Source: a virus (Duplodnaviria; Caudoviricetes). Taken from it: 64,000 bases of DNA. Positions 39,337 through 47,998 of this stretch are shown here, piece after piece (position 1 is the stretch's first letter; every line of letters starts with the position of its first letter). The DNA lies in the IMG/VR virus record IMGVR_UViG_3300029288_000084, positions 64,001-128,000 of that record. One strand, written 5' to 3'. The notes beneath the pieces are model-generated. The model did no database searches. It saw only the letters and a program-made list of their open reading frames with translations, and was not told where the DNA came from. The translations under genes and the position numbers were made by a program.

Positions 39337-40436
39337 TCATTATACTCCAAGGAAAATTCAGGATTAATTACTTTGAAACTTAATTCTTTTTGATCTAATA
39401 CACTGCGGACAACAATGCCCTCCCTCTTTATAGTAGGATTTATTTTGCTTTGATCCTTGCTATATTCTACTGCTTGTGATACATTCCCCATTACACAAAT
39501 TAAACCTGTATTTTCACAATCAATAGGTACCATTTTAAAACTATATGCAGAACAAAAATCTTTAATATCAGCAAAACAAAAATATTCTTGTCTTGTAATA
39601 TCATATACATTGTACACATAAAATTCAAGTTCAGTTTTTTTATATTTATTATCTTGAATTTTAGGACCAATAATTTCACCTTGAATACAAATATCAATGC
39701 CAAGATCTTTTCGAGCTTGTTTTAATTTCTTTTCAATTTTTTCTTTAATAGCAATATTCCAATAATAAGAAGGTCTTATTGTTTTTTGATAACAATTTCG
39801 TGTACACACCCCAAAAATCGTATTAAACATATTTACTTTTTTAACAAAGTATGTTGCAGATGTTCCATCAATTTTCTCAGTTATGTAAACAGGATAATCA
39901 TAATTTAACCAATTAGGATGTTTTTGAATTCTTTCTTCGTCAGTCTTTTTTAGGAAGCTAGGAAATCCGCCCTTCAGTTTTTTATGGAAATATTTTTTAT
40001 AAATCACATGACGTTTAATATATCTGATGATTGCCCATTTACTAGATTTTTCTGGTTCTACGTCAACTTGCGGTAAAAGATCTTCATAGTGTTTGATATT
40101 AAGAACTTTTGTAACATCAGAACCTTCTTCACAATGTACAGTAACTTTCGGAAGAATTGATAATGGACAAACGAGTCCTTGTGAAATTTGTCCACGAAGT
40201 TTGATTGTTCTAACTCTGTATTTTCTTTCTTTCATAAAATCAAAATATGGATTATCTGAAGGTAAAACTGCATCAACTTCAATGTAAATAATCAAATCAT
40301 TTACTTTGAATTCACCCTTCTTTACAACACATTCCCAACCTAATATTTCTGCTACTTCAATCTTATCAGCATTAGGAATAGGTCTAAGATTTTTGATCTT
40401 CTGAATTGTGGCTAGAGATTCCCTCATTTGAATCAA
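39333..40436 (-). CDS. RNA ligase (DRB0094 / Rnl5-type)
   Basis: PIPNADKIE, LRGQISQGL, TEKIDGTS, QGEIIGP.IQ, EG.V, SFKVI. Confidence 0.92.
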   Translation of the reverse strand: MIQMRESLATIQKIKNLRPIPNADKIEVAEILGWECVVKKGEFKVNDLIIYIEVDAVLPSDNPYFDFMKERKYRVRTIKLRGQISQGLVCPLSILPKVTVHCEEGSDVTKVLNIKHYEDLLPQVDVEPEKSSKWAIIRYIKRHVIYKKYFHKKLKGGFPSFLKKTDEERIQKHPNWLNYDYPVYITEKIDGTSATYFVKKVNMFNTIFGVCTRNCYQKTIRPSYYWNIAIKEKIEKKLKQARKDLGIDICIQGEIIGPKIQDNKYKKTELEFYVYNVYDITRQEYFCFADIKDFCSAYSFKMVPIDCENTGLICVMGNVSQAVEYSKDQSKINPTIKREGIVVRSVLDQKELSFKVINPEFSLEYNE

Positions 40437-40743
40437 CCTCCTCTATTACATGCATAATTATTTTTTTGATATCTTTATCAATAGATGTCCAGTCTAAACG
40501 TTCTTTAAACATTTTTTCATTAAGTTGTTCATGTCGACCGTATGCTTTTATTCTTTCCCAACAAATATTTGCAATTTTTTCTCTTTTAGATACTTGAGTC
40601 AATTCAAGTATTTTTACACATTTTACATTTTTTTTAATACAATTGCAATATTCATATTCACAATCAATTATATGATCATGAATTGTTTTGTGATGACATA
40701 CATCATTATCACATCTATTAGCATATTCACATTTACATTTCAT
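40384..40743 (-). CDS. hypothetical Cys/His-rich protein
   Basis: GGAGG SD, behind promoter motif. Confidence 0.55.
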   Translation of the reverse strand: MKCKCEYANRCDNDVCHHKTIHDHIIDCEYEYCNCIKKNVKCVKILELTQVSKREKIANICWERIKAYGRHEQLNEKMFKERLDWTSIDKDIKKIIMHVIEEVDSNEGISSHNSEDQKS

Positions 40744-40767
40744 GACAAACCTCCATTTAACAATTAT

Positions 40768-40798
40768 ATTATAATAAAAAATCAGTTTATATTTAGTA
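40768..40798 (-). promoter_or_regulatory. TACTAAA-N18-TATAAT promoter motif (copy 4)
   Basis: Heads the accessory / glycosylation gene run. Confidence 0.75.
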
Positions 40799-40803
40799 GA
40801 ACT

Positions 40804-42177
40804 TTAACATGCCACCCAAAATAAAATTAATAATAAAATACCAAAAGCTAACCATCCTTGCCATGTCCATCTTTTAACATCAATGATTCTTTGCCATAGT
40901 GTTTTTTTCTTAATTGGCTGGGGTTTAACTGGACAAATAGCTCCAGTAGGTTTCCATTTTCCATTTTCACAGATGTGGGTTGTGATTATAGATCCATCCC
41001 AACATTTTTCTGTTTTAACTTCACCAATCAGACATTCGGGTCTCACATAATATTTTGTCCATTTTCCAAAATTTTCCAATGTTGGTAAATGTTCATGATA
41101 TGCTTTTGCTATTGCATCAAATACAGCAAGCTGTTCTTCTTTACAAATATCCCAAGGTGCATCATCAGGTAAATGTTCAATTGCAATGTAAGGATGGTCA
41201 ATTTCAATCCATGGCCAATTAACAGCATCAGTCCCTCTCCATGTAACAATCCTTTTTACTAATGCATACCACTGGGCAGCTTTTGGTTTGCCTGCTTGAC
41301 CCATACAACCATCATCACTTAATTCAATTCCAATAGGATGAGTGAACCAATTTTCACCAACATGTTCGAGAACATCTATACCATTAAATGGATAACCCAT
41401 ATGATGAACAACCCGTTTTACTCCAGCATCCCATTCTCTGTATTGACGCAAAGGATACCACATAAACAAATTATTTTTAGTAACAAATTTAGGAAATTCT
41501 TTAAAGATATCATTATCGTCAAGAGGAATTCTAGCACAAATTGGCCAACTAAAGATCCAGATCTTTTCTCTATCCATTAGTTGAAGTAACTTGAAACCAA
41601 AATATAAACTATTATCACCCATCTCATTACCCATACCAAATTTAATATTAAGTCCTTCATTTTTCAATTTGAACCATTCAAGACAATATGCTTCAAAGAA
41701 TGGGAAAGCGACATCTTCTAATAAACTATGCACACCATTGTTATTATTTCTAAATGGATTTTTCTTAATATCATCCTTATCTTTGTCATATTGATAAGCT
41801 AAATCAATTTTAATTGCAATACCGGGAGCGTTTATTCCAGCAGTTTGCGATGGATAATTTGCAATTTCAATCATGCGTTTTACAATTTCCCAATATCTCT
41901 TATTCTTTTGACTAAGATCATATACACCAGGAGAAACTTGAATCCATGGAGTTAGATTGTGTTTATAATCTTTGAATTCAGCATACCAATCAAACCAACA
42001 ATTCCAGCCCAACCAACGAAACATGTTGACACCACGATTAGCCATGTCAACACAATAGTTAAACCAACGTTCTTCATCCAAAACCCAGTCATTCAAAGTG
42101 TCAGACCAATTTACAAATTTTTGACTTGGATTTGTGTGAGGAAAAAAGTCACTTGCCATAATCCACATTTTATCCAT
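40804..42177 (-). CDS. putative glycoside hydrolase-like protein with C-terminal membrane anchor
   Basis: GVNMFR, YDL...N..YW, MGNE, LSDDG pattern; C-terminal hydrophobic helix. Confidence 0.45.
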   Translation of the reverse strand: MDKMWIMASDFFPHTNPSQKFVNWSDTLNDWVLDEERWFNYCVDMANRGVNMFRWLGWNCWFDWYAEFKDYKHNLTPWIQVSPGVYDLSQKNKRYWEIVKRMIEIANYPSQTAGINAPGIAIKIDLAYQYDKDKDDIKKNPFRNNNNGVHSLLEDVAFPFFEAYCLEWFKLKNEGLNIKFGMGNEMGDNSLYFGFKLLQLMDREKIWIFSWPICARIPLDDNDIFKEFPKFVTKNNLFMWYPLRQYREWDAGVKRVVHHMGYPFNGIDVLEHVGENWFTHPIGIELSDDGCMGQAGKPKAAQWYALVKRIVTWRGTDAVNWPWIEIDHPYIAIEHLPDDAPWDICKEEQLAVFDAIAKAYHEHLPTLENFGKWTKYYVRPECLIGEVKTEKCWDGSIITTHICENGKWKPTGAICPVKPQPIKKKTLWQRIIDVKRWTWQGWLAFGILLLILFWVAC

Positions 42178-42178
42178 T

Positions 42179-42514
42179 TTAAACCTCCCTTAAAATTACA
42201 TCAGAAATTACAAGAGTTCCAACATCTATTGTTTTAATAAATGTTCCATCACTTTTGTATAACTTTATTTCACTTTGATATGTTCTAGCTGGTATATCTG
42301 TATCTGTATGTAAAAGAGATAAAATACCAATACCAGAAGATGGATCATCAATAACAAATTCTTTATTTATTAATGCATCTGTATCTAAATCAGTAAATGT
42401 TTTTTTTGCTATAAATTTTAATTTAAGATCAGTTAAAGGATATACAGCGCCTGATTGTGTTAAATTGACATTTATCGTTTCTGTATTTCCTTTGTAAATT
42501 GTAATTTTAATCAT
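42179..42514 (-). CDS. BppU-like small beta-sandwich virion protein
   Basis: I.IYKG.T, PLTD, G...L...DT, Y..EI pattern next to fibre. Confidence 0.6.
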   Translation of the reverse strand: MIKITIYKGNTETINVNLTQSGAVYPLTDLKLKFIAKKTFTDLDTDALINKEFVIDDPSSGIGILSLLHTDTDIPARTYQSEIKLYKSDGTFIKTIDVGTLVISDVILREV

Positions 42515-42524
42515 TTTTTACCTC

Positions 42525-45032
42525 TTATGCATGTACTATTTTCAAAACATCATCTGTTCTGTACAAATCCCCAACTGCTAACCCTGCTGTTACCGCAGCG
42601 GCATTGTCAGCATATTCCACAATGCCTTGAATATTTGTAACCCCTCCACTTGGAGTTATTTTAAGATTCCCCGCTGAAGATACGGCAAAGTCTGTATAAT
42701 AGGTTGCCGATCCATCTGCATCGTTGTAAGTCAGTCTTAGACAGTCGCCCGTTGCGGAGTTAATTTCTAGTTTTTTGTCAGGAGTGGTTGTGCCGATGCC
42801 GATATTGCCACTACCAAGAATCGTCATCAATCTTGTTGTGTAGTTTTGAAACGCAAATGCAGGATCTGTTGCCGCCAATAACCCATAACTTGTTCCTGAT
42901 TTTTTGCCACTCCAAAATGCAATAACAGGTGAAGTAGGGGCAGTATGGCCACTTATACCGATAAAGCCAAGAGCCGACATGTTAGCATAATTTCCACACA
43001 ATCCTCTAAAACTAGCACAACCTCTATCGTTTACGCCTTCTTCCATCGAAAAAAATACATTTGTTGGAACAATACTTGTCATTCCATGAGCAAGTCCTGA
43101 GTCTGAAAGTCTTAATATTTTGTCGTAGGATCCCATAATTTCAAGCGATGCTGATGGTGCAATCGTTCCTATTCCGACTTTATCACTTCCATCAATATAA
43201 ATTGGCGAGTTTGCAATTTTTGTAGCGGATGTGAATTTTGGAACATATCCGCTTGTACCTGTTGAATTTATTAATCCATTCCATGTAGATCCGTTGTAGT
43301 AATATGGTTGATGTAAAGTTGAATCATAAACTTGTAATCCCTCAATTGGTGCAGATATTGCTGTTCTTTGAGTTGTAGTCATTCTTGGTTCAGCAAAACC
43401 TTTTGCAGTAGAAGTTAAATCTAAAATTGCAGAAGCATCGGGGACGAGTATTCCAATCCCCATCCTATCAGCACTTACATCGCCATCATGAAATTCTACA
43501 TCTCCACCTGTTACATAAATTGCCTTATTGATTGAAGAACCCCAAGTAGGCTTTTCAATGTAGAGTTGATAGAGATTTACAACAGGTAATGCAGTACCAT
43601 CCATGGTTGGATCAGGAGTATAGTTACATAATTTGATATTGTAAGCATTTGTTATACTTGCTGTACCTGTATCGGTAAATTCAGCACCAACTTTAGAACG
43701 TATACCATATGCATTTACAATATTAGCTGAAGTACCATAGTAACTTCTTGCAGATACACAAACATCTAAACCATATGCATTTGTTATAACTGGTGTTTTA
43801 CTGCCAACTGATAATGCATAAACACTGTCTAGAAGTCCATAAGAATCAGTTGTAATTCCGCCTCTTGTTTGTGCTTGAGAAGCAATACCTTCTACTTGTT
43901 GGGTTGTTCCTTTTGTTACTGCACTTGAATCAAGTCCTACAACATAGGCTATATTCCCTGTCCCCATCTGATAGGAAGTAAATTTGCCAGAAACAAGAAA
44001 TGTATGAGGCATAGATAATGAACCAGAATTTACAAAATTCTCCACCTGCATATTATAAATACTTCTATCTGTATCTGTTGTAAATGCAGTTCCATCATAT
44101 TTCAAATAAAATTGTGTTTGTGTACTGTGACTATCTTTAGGAATTTGTGAGGCTATTATATTATCACTCACATACACATTCGAATTTAAATATAATTTTT
44201 GTGCCGCAGTAGTAGAAGCAAATTCACCATAAATCAATGCTTTGGTTCTTGCATCTGCTTCTGAGGCTCTTTGAGTATTGTCTATGAATAATTTATTAGA
44301 ACCTGTTTCATAATAACCTGCTCGATAACCAAGAAATATATTTGAAGAACCCGAAATATTATTATACCCCGCATCATGACCTATACCTATATTGGCATTT
44401 CCACTAACTAAATATTCTAAAGCATTTGAGCCAATTCCAATATTATGATGACCACTTTCGATTCTTTGTAATGATGCTATACCAATACCCACATTTCTAT
44501 ACCCAGTATTATTTGTACTTACAAAATTACCCCAACCTGACGCATAACCCATATAAATATTGTCTTCTGCACTTACATCTAAAGTTGATGGGTCATGACT
44601 ATTCATCATAATATTATTGCCAACATTAAACCATAGTGAATTAAGAGTTAATTTTCCATTTACATTTACGGTACTGCCATCATCACTAATTAATGAATTT
44701 CCTAAAACATGACTTCCTGTAAATTTCGGAATGTAATTTACAGTTCCAGAACCAGAAATTTTGTTTGTGTGTTCCTCTAATGTTAAATGATAATATTGCT
44801 CTGATTGTCCACCCTGTAAATCACTAGATGAATTATGTAAACCTATGTTTGAAATATTATTATGTTCTTCTAAAGTTAAATGATAATATTGTGCAGCTTG
44901 TCCACCTTGAAGACCAGGATGTAAATTATGGTTTACAACTGTTCCTGTAGATGCAATAATTGGTGGTGTTGCAACAATCTCGGCATTTATTTGTACTGGA
45001 CTTGCAACTGTTACATCTATATTTACACTCAT
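42525..45032 (-). CDS. tail fibre / receptor-binding protein
   Basis: N.G.G..AL beta-roll repeats, GIGT..P repeats, PRMTT.QR.AI. Confidence 0.8.
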   Translation of the reverse strand: MSVNIDVTVASPVQINAEIVATPPIIASTGTVVNHNLHPGLQGGQAAQYYHLTLEEHNNISNIGLHNSSSDLQGGQSEQYYHLTLEEHTNKISGSGTVNYIPKFTGSHVLGNSLISDDGSTVNVNGKLTLNSLWFNVGNNIMMNSHDPSTLDVSAEDNIYMGYASGWGNFVSTNNTGYRNVGIGIASLQRIESGHHNIGIGSNALEYLVSGNANIGIGHDAGYNNISGSSNIFLGYRAGYYETGSNKLFIDNTQRASEADARTKALIYGEFASTTAAQKLYLNSNVYVSDNIIASQIPKDSHSTQTQFYLKYDGTAFTTDTDRSIYNMQVENFVNSGSLSMPHTFLVSGKFTSYQMGTGNIAYVVGLDSSAVTKGTTQQVEGIASQAQTRGGITTDSYGLLDSVYALSVGSKTPVITNAYGLDVCVSARSYYGTSANIVNAYGIRSKVGAEFTDTGTASITNAYNIKLCNYTPDPTMDGTALPVVNLYQLYIEKPTWGSSINKAIYVTGGDVEFHDGDVSADRMGIGILVPDASAILDLTSTAKGFAEPRMTTTQRTAISAPIEGLQVYDSTLHQPYYYNGSTWNGLINSTGTSGYVPKFTSATKIANSPIYIDGSDKVGIGTIAPSASLEIMGSYDKILRLSDSGLAHGMTSIVPTNVFFSMEEGVNDRGCASFRGLCGNYANMSALGFIGISGHTAPTSPVIAFWSGKKSGTSYGLLAATDPAFAFQNYTTRLMTILGSGNIGIGTTTPDKKLEINSATGDCLRLTYNDADGSATYYTDFAVSSAGNLKITPSGGVTNIQGIVEYADNAAAVTAGLAVGDLYRTDDVLKIVHA

Positions 45033-45422
45033 TTATTTTGTGACTTCAACCATTCTCAAAGTATTGATTTGTTTTTGTATTTCAGTTCGTCTCTGATTTA
45101 AAGTTTGTTTCCTTGCCGGGTCTTTGTCATCAGAAGTTCGAATTTCAACTGTAATTTCATTTAGTTTTGCATTTAATACATCTAGTCTATTTTTCTTTTC
45201 ATCGGCAGCCATTTCAGAAAGTTGTGATTCATCTAGTCCACCCTTTAAATATTTTATTTTTTGTTTTATTTTTTTGATTTCTTCTTCTGCATCTTGTATA
45301 TCTTTTGGATCTTTAGCATCAAATTTTTCATCTTTCCAACTTTCCAACTCTTTTTCTAACCTCTTAATTTCCGCTGTATTATCCTCTTCTAAAACTTCTT
45401 CAAATATTTGTTTGATTTCCAT
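45033..45422 (-). CDS. putative internal head protein (MEIKQIFEEVLEE)
   Basis: CTS-like leader; internal LDE/LSE. Confidence 0.62.
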   Translation of the reverse strand: MEIKQIFEEVLEEDNTAEIKRLEKELESWKDEKFDAKDPKDIQDAEEEIKKIKQKIKYLKGGLDESQLSEMAADEKKNRLDVLNAKLNEITVEIRTSDDKDPARKQTLNQRRTEIQKQINTLRMVEVTK

Positions 45423-45431
45423 TTTTACTCC

Positions 45432-45809
45432 TCAATGCCATTTCTTATAGAATTCATCTTTTAAATCAGCAAATTGACGTTGTAAGTCACGTTTTCTTTT
45501 TTCATCTTTTTCATAATCAATTTTAATTTTTAACTTTTTCCTTTCATCGACATATTTTTGAAATGCTTCTTTATAATCTTTGCCTTGATTTTCTTCTGAT
45601 TCAGAAATATTAACATTTTCATTTACAGGAAAATGGCACGTAGTTTGTGTATCATATCGAGTTAAAATAGTGTATTTCTTACCATCATTTCCAGTTACAG
45701 TACCATTAGATTCTGCTTTCCCATCTTTAATTAATTGTAAACCATGTTTGCGACTAATTATTTGACCAATTTTCTTTTTGTTTTCTTCAAACAATCTTTT
45801 TACTTTCAT
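45432..45809 (-). CDS. putative internal head protein (MKVKRLFEE)
   Basis: Shared leader, AGGAG SD. Confidence 0.62.
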   Translation of the reverse strand: MKVKRLFEENKKKIGQIISRKHGLQLIKDGKAESNGTVTGNDGKKYTILTRYDTQTTCHFPVNENVNISESEENQGKDYKEAFQKYVDERKKLKIKIDYEKDEKRKRDLQRQFADLKDEFYKKWH

Positions 45810-45824
45810 TTTATTTCTCCTTTA

Positions 45825-46643
45825 TCAATCAAACCAAAATACTATATTGAAATTCTTTGTTCCGCCTAATCTGTTTTTAATATGAATAGGTTCATAAGCA
45901 TCAGAACCAATACATAATTTAACATCAGTATTTGCATTTGCAACTACATTTGTAGAATTTGAAATTAGTGTAACTGTTCCATCTGCATCTATTGCAAACA
46001 TTGATCTTTCTTCATTTGCTCCAGCAATTACCCAACCAAAACCAGAATTAGTCACAGGTGGTAAATCAACTGATGCATCATCTAAAACATTTCCTTGATA
46101 ACGAAATACCTTTGGATTGCCGACAGAACTTGCATCTTGTTTAATATAACTTTCTAGCAATGTATCAACTTCAGTGTTTGTATAATAATTCCCAAACATT
46201 GTATCAAGAGTTACAGAAGTATAGTATTCGCTTATTTGGCAATAATCATTTAAAATAAGATTGATTTCAGATTCAGTATAGTAAAGATCATTATGTGTAT
46301 GTCCAACCAGTGATAATGCTGTAAATGACCCACCATCTAATCCAACTTTCCAAAGATCAGTCGCTTCTTCAAATCTTAAAATTGCATCAGCGGAACTTCC
46401 ACGATCAACTCTTATTCCAGCAACTCCAGGCGTTACTCCTGCTCCAGTTTCACCATAATTCAAATAAATATATTCTTGTTCAAAATAAGCTTCACCTTCA
46501 AGAGTAAAATTTTCAGAAAATGTTAAATCTCCTGAATATGGATCAAATGTGAAATCTGAAAATTCAGCAATTAATTCATTGAATCTAGTTCTAAAGATTG
46601 CTATTTGATCTGTAAGAATAATTTGATCTGTAATAAGTGCCAT
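45825..46643 (-). CDS. virion structural protein (fibre / baseplate associated)
   Basis: FRTRFN start, AGIRVDRG, HTHNDLYYTESE, YYT..EVD repeats. Confidence 0.7.
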   Translation of the reverse strand: MALITDQIILTDQIAIFRTRFNELIAEFSDFTFDPYSGDLTFSENFTLEGEAYFEQEYIYLNYGETGAGVTPGVAGIRVDRGSSADAILRFEEATDLWKVGLDGGSFTALSLVGHTHNDLYYTESEINLILNDYCQISEYYTSVTLDTMFGNYYTNTEVDTLLESYIKQDASSVGNPKVFRYQGNVLDDASVDLPPVTNSGFGWVIAGANEERSMFAIDADGTVTLISNSTNVVANANTDVKLCIGSDAYEPIHIKNRLGGTKNFNIVFWFD

Positions 46644-46957
46644 TATTTTTTTGTCCTTGCTTCATCTTCCATTTTTCGTAAACGGTTGTAGTAATCAGGA
46701 ATTTCTGCTAAATGATCTAATGCTATTTTTTTAGCAATATCTTTACTATCAGTGTGTTCAAATTCAACTTGAATTCCCATATTCAACTGTCCTTGATCTA
46801 TAGAAGATTCATCAATATTCTTTTGAAATGCTCGGCCTGCTTGCATGAAATTTTTAGTAAAATTAATTGGTCCATTGTTTATTTTATTTACAATGGGGGT
46901 TGTTTCACAAGAAGGTTGACACATTATATCTTCAAACATCTTTCTGAATCTTTCCAT
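46643..46957 (-). CDS. DUF5661-like protein with CTS-like leader (MERFRKMFED)
   Basis: QL.MGI.VE.EHT...A..IALDHL.E.PDYY..L. Confidence 0.8.
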   Translation of the reverse strand: MERFRKMFEDIMCQPSCETTPIVNKINNGPINFTKNFMQAGRAFQKNIDESSIDQGQLNMGIQVEFEHTDSKDIAKKIALDHLAEIPDYYNRLRKMEDEARTKK

Positions 46958-46985
46958 ACTATTCCTCCAAATTTATTTATAAAAT

Positions 46986-47149
46986 CATTTTGTATTTAAT
47001 AAGTTTTGTTGATAGATAAAATCCTTCAATTTTTGAAGTTCTGATCTCATTTCTCTCATTTCACGACGATCTTTTACAGCTTGATTTTCATCCTTTGTTT
47101 GTTGAAAAAGTAATGCACCTGTTCTTTTTTGTCTGTGTTGTGTTGGCAT
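46986..47149 (-). CDS. small coiled-coil protein (MPTQHRQKRTGALLF...)
   Basis: Hand translation; GAGG SD; type often found after DUF4815 genes; end approximate. Confidence 0.5.
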
Positions 47150-47151
47150 AT

Positions 47152-47376
47152 TTAACCCTCATTACCTAATGATTCATGAATATTTCTTTTATCCCTTAAT
47201 TTGTTTCTCTCTGCATCTAATTTTTTAATTTTTTCATTATGATCTGTAGAACATTTATTTTCTGGTATAGAAAATAATTTATCGATTTCTTGACCAATTG
47301 TAAATAATCTTTTATCAATTTCTTTATTTCTTTTTTGTCGTGTTTCATTATCTTCAAACAAGTTTTTTACTTTCAT
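47152..47376 (-). CDS. putative internal head protein (MKVKNLFED)
   Basis: Shared leader. Confidence 0.62.
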   Translation of the reverse strand: MKVKNLFEDNETRQKRNKEIDKRLFTIGQEIDKLFSIPENKCSTDHNEKIKKLDAERNKLRDKRNIHESLGNEG

Positions 47377-47696
47377 GCTCTCTTTCTCCTTTCTTCTTGG
47401 CCATCTCTTTGAACATGTAATTTGCGTCTGGCAATAATAGCCTTTCTAGTTTCATCATCATCTTTATCACCATTTCTGAAGCTAACTTTGTCAGATGCTC
47501 TCATCATTTTCAAACTGTTCAATTTTGTTTTTATAGTTTGCATTTTCTGTAATATTCTTGCTCTATTAGAAGAATCAGCGGTTTGATATTCTGATTTTAC
47601 TTGAGCAAGTTCTTGTTCAAACTCTTTCCGTTTTTTATCGAGTTCATCTTGTGTCATTTCTTGTAAAACCTCTTCAAATAATTTTTTTATTTTCAT
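47373..47696 (-). CDS. putative internal head protein (MKIKKLFEEVLQE)
   Basis: Shared leader. Confidence 0.62.
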   Translation of the reverse strand: MKIKKLFEEVLQEMTQDELDKKRKEFEQELAQVKSEYQTADSSNRARILQKMQTIKTKLNSLKMMRASDKVSFRNGDKDDDETRKAIIARRKLHVQRDGQEERRKRA

Positions 47697-47716
47697 TTAA
47701 TCCATCCTTTATTTTT

Positions 47717-47989
47717 TCATTTATTGTAAAGATTTTCTGCATTAATTTTATTTACACCCTTTTCGATAATACTATTTACAAATTCTTTGTTATTAGTTGT
47801 ATTATCTTTTCCTCGAGTTGTAACTAAATCATAAGCCTCTTTACTAGCTACATTATTATTTATTCCTATTTTTTTTAATTCTTGCCAAATATCATAATGA
47901 ATTGCTAATGCAGATCTAGTTCTTCGATCTGTAGTTTTATAATTTCTTTGATTTGCTGCAAGAGCTTCAAATAAATTCTTTACTTTCAT
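47717..47989 (-). CDS. putative internal head protein (MKVKNLFEA)
   Basis: Shared leader, AGGAG SD. Confidence 0.62.
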   Translation of the reverse strand: MKVKNLFEALAANQRNYKTTDRRTRSALAIHYDIWQELKKIGINNNVASKEAYDLVTTRGKDNTTNNKEFVNSIIEKGVNKINAENLYNK

Positions 47990-47998
47990 CCTATCTCC

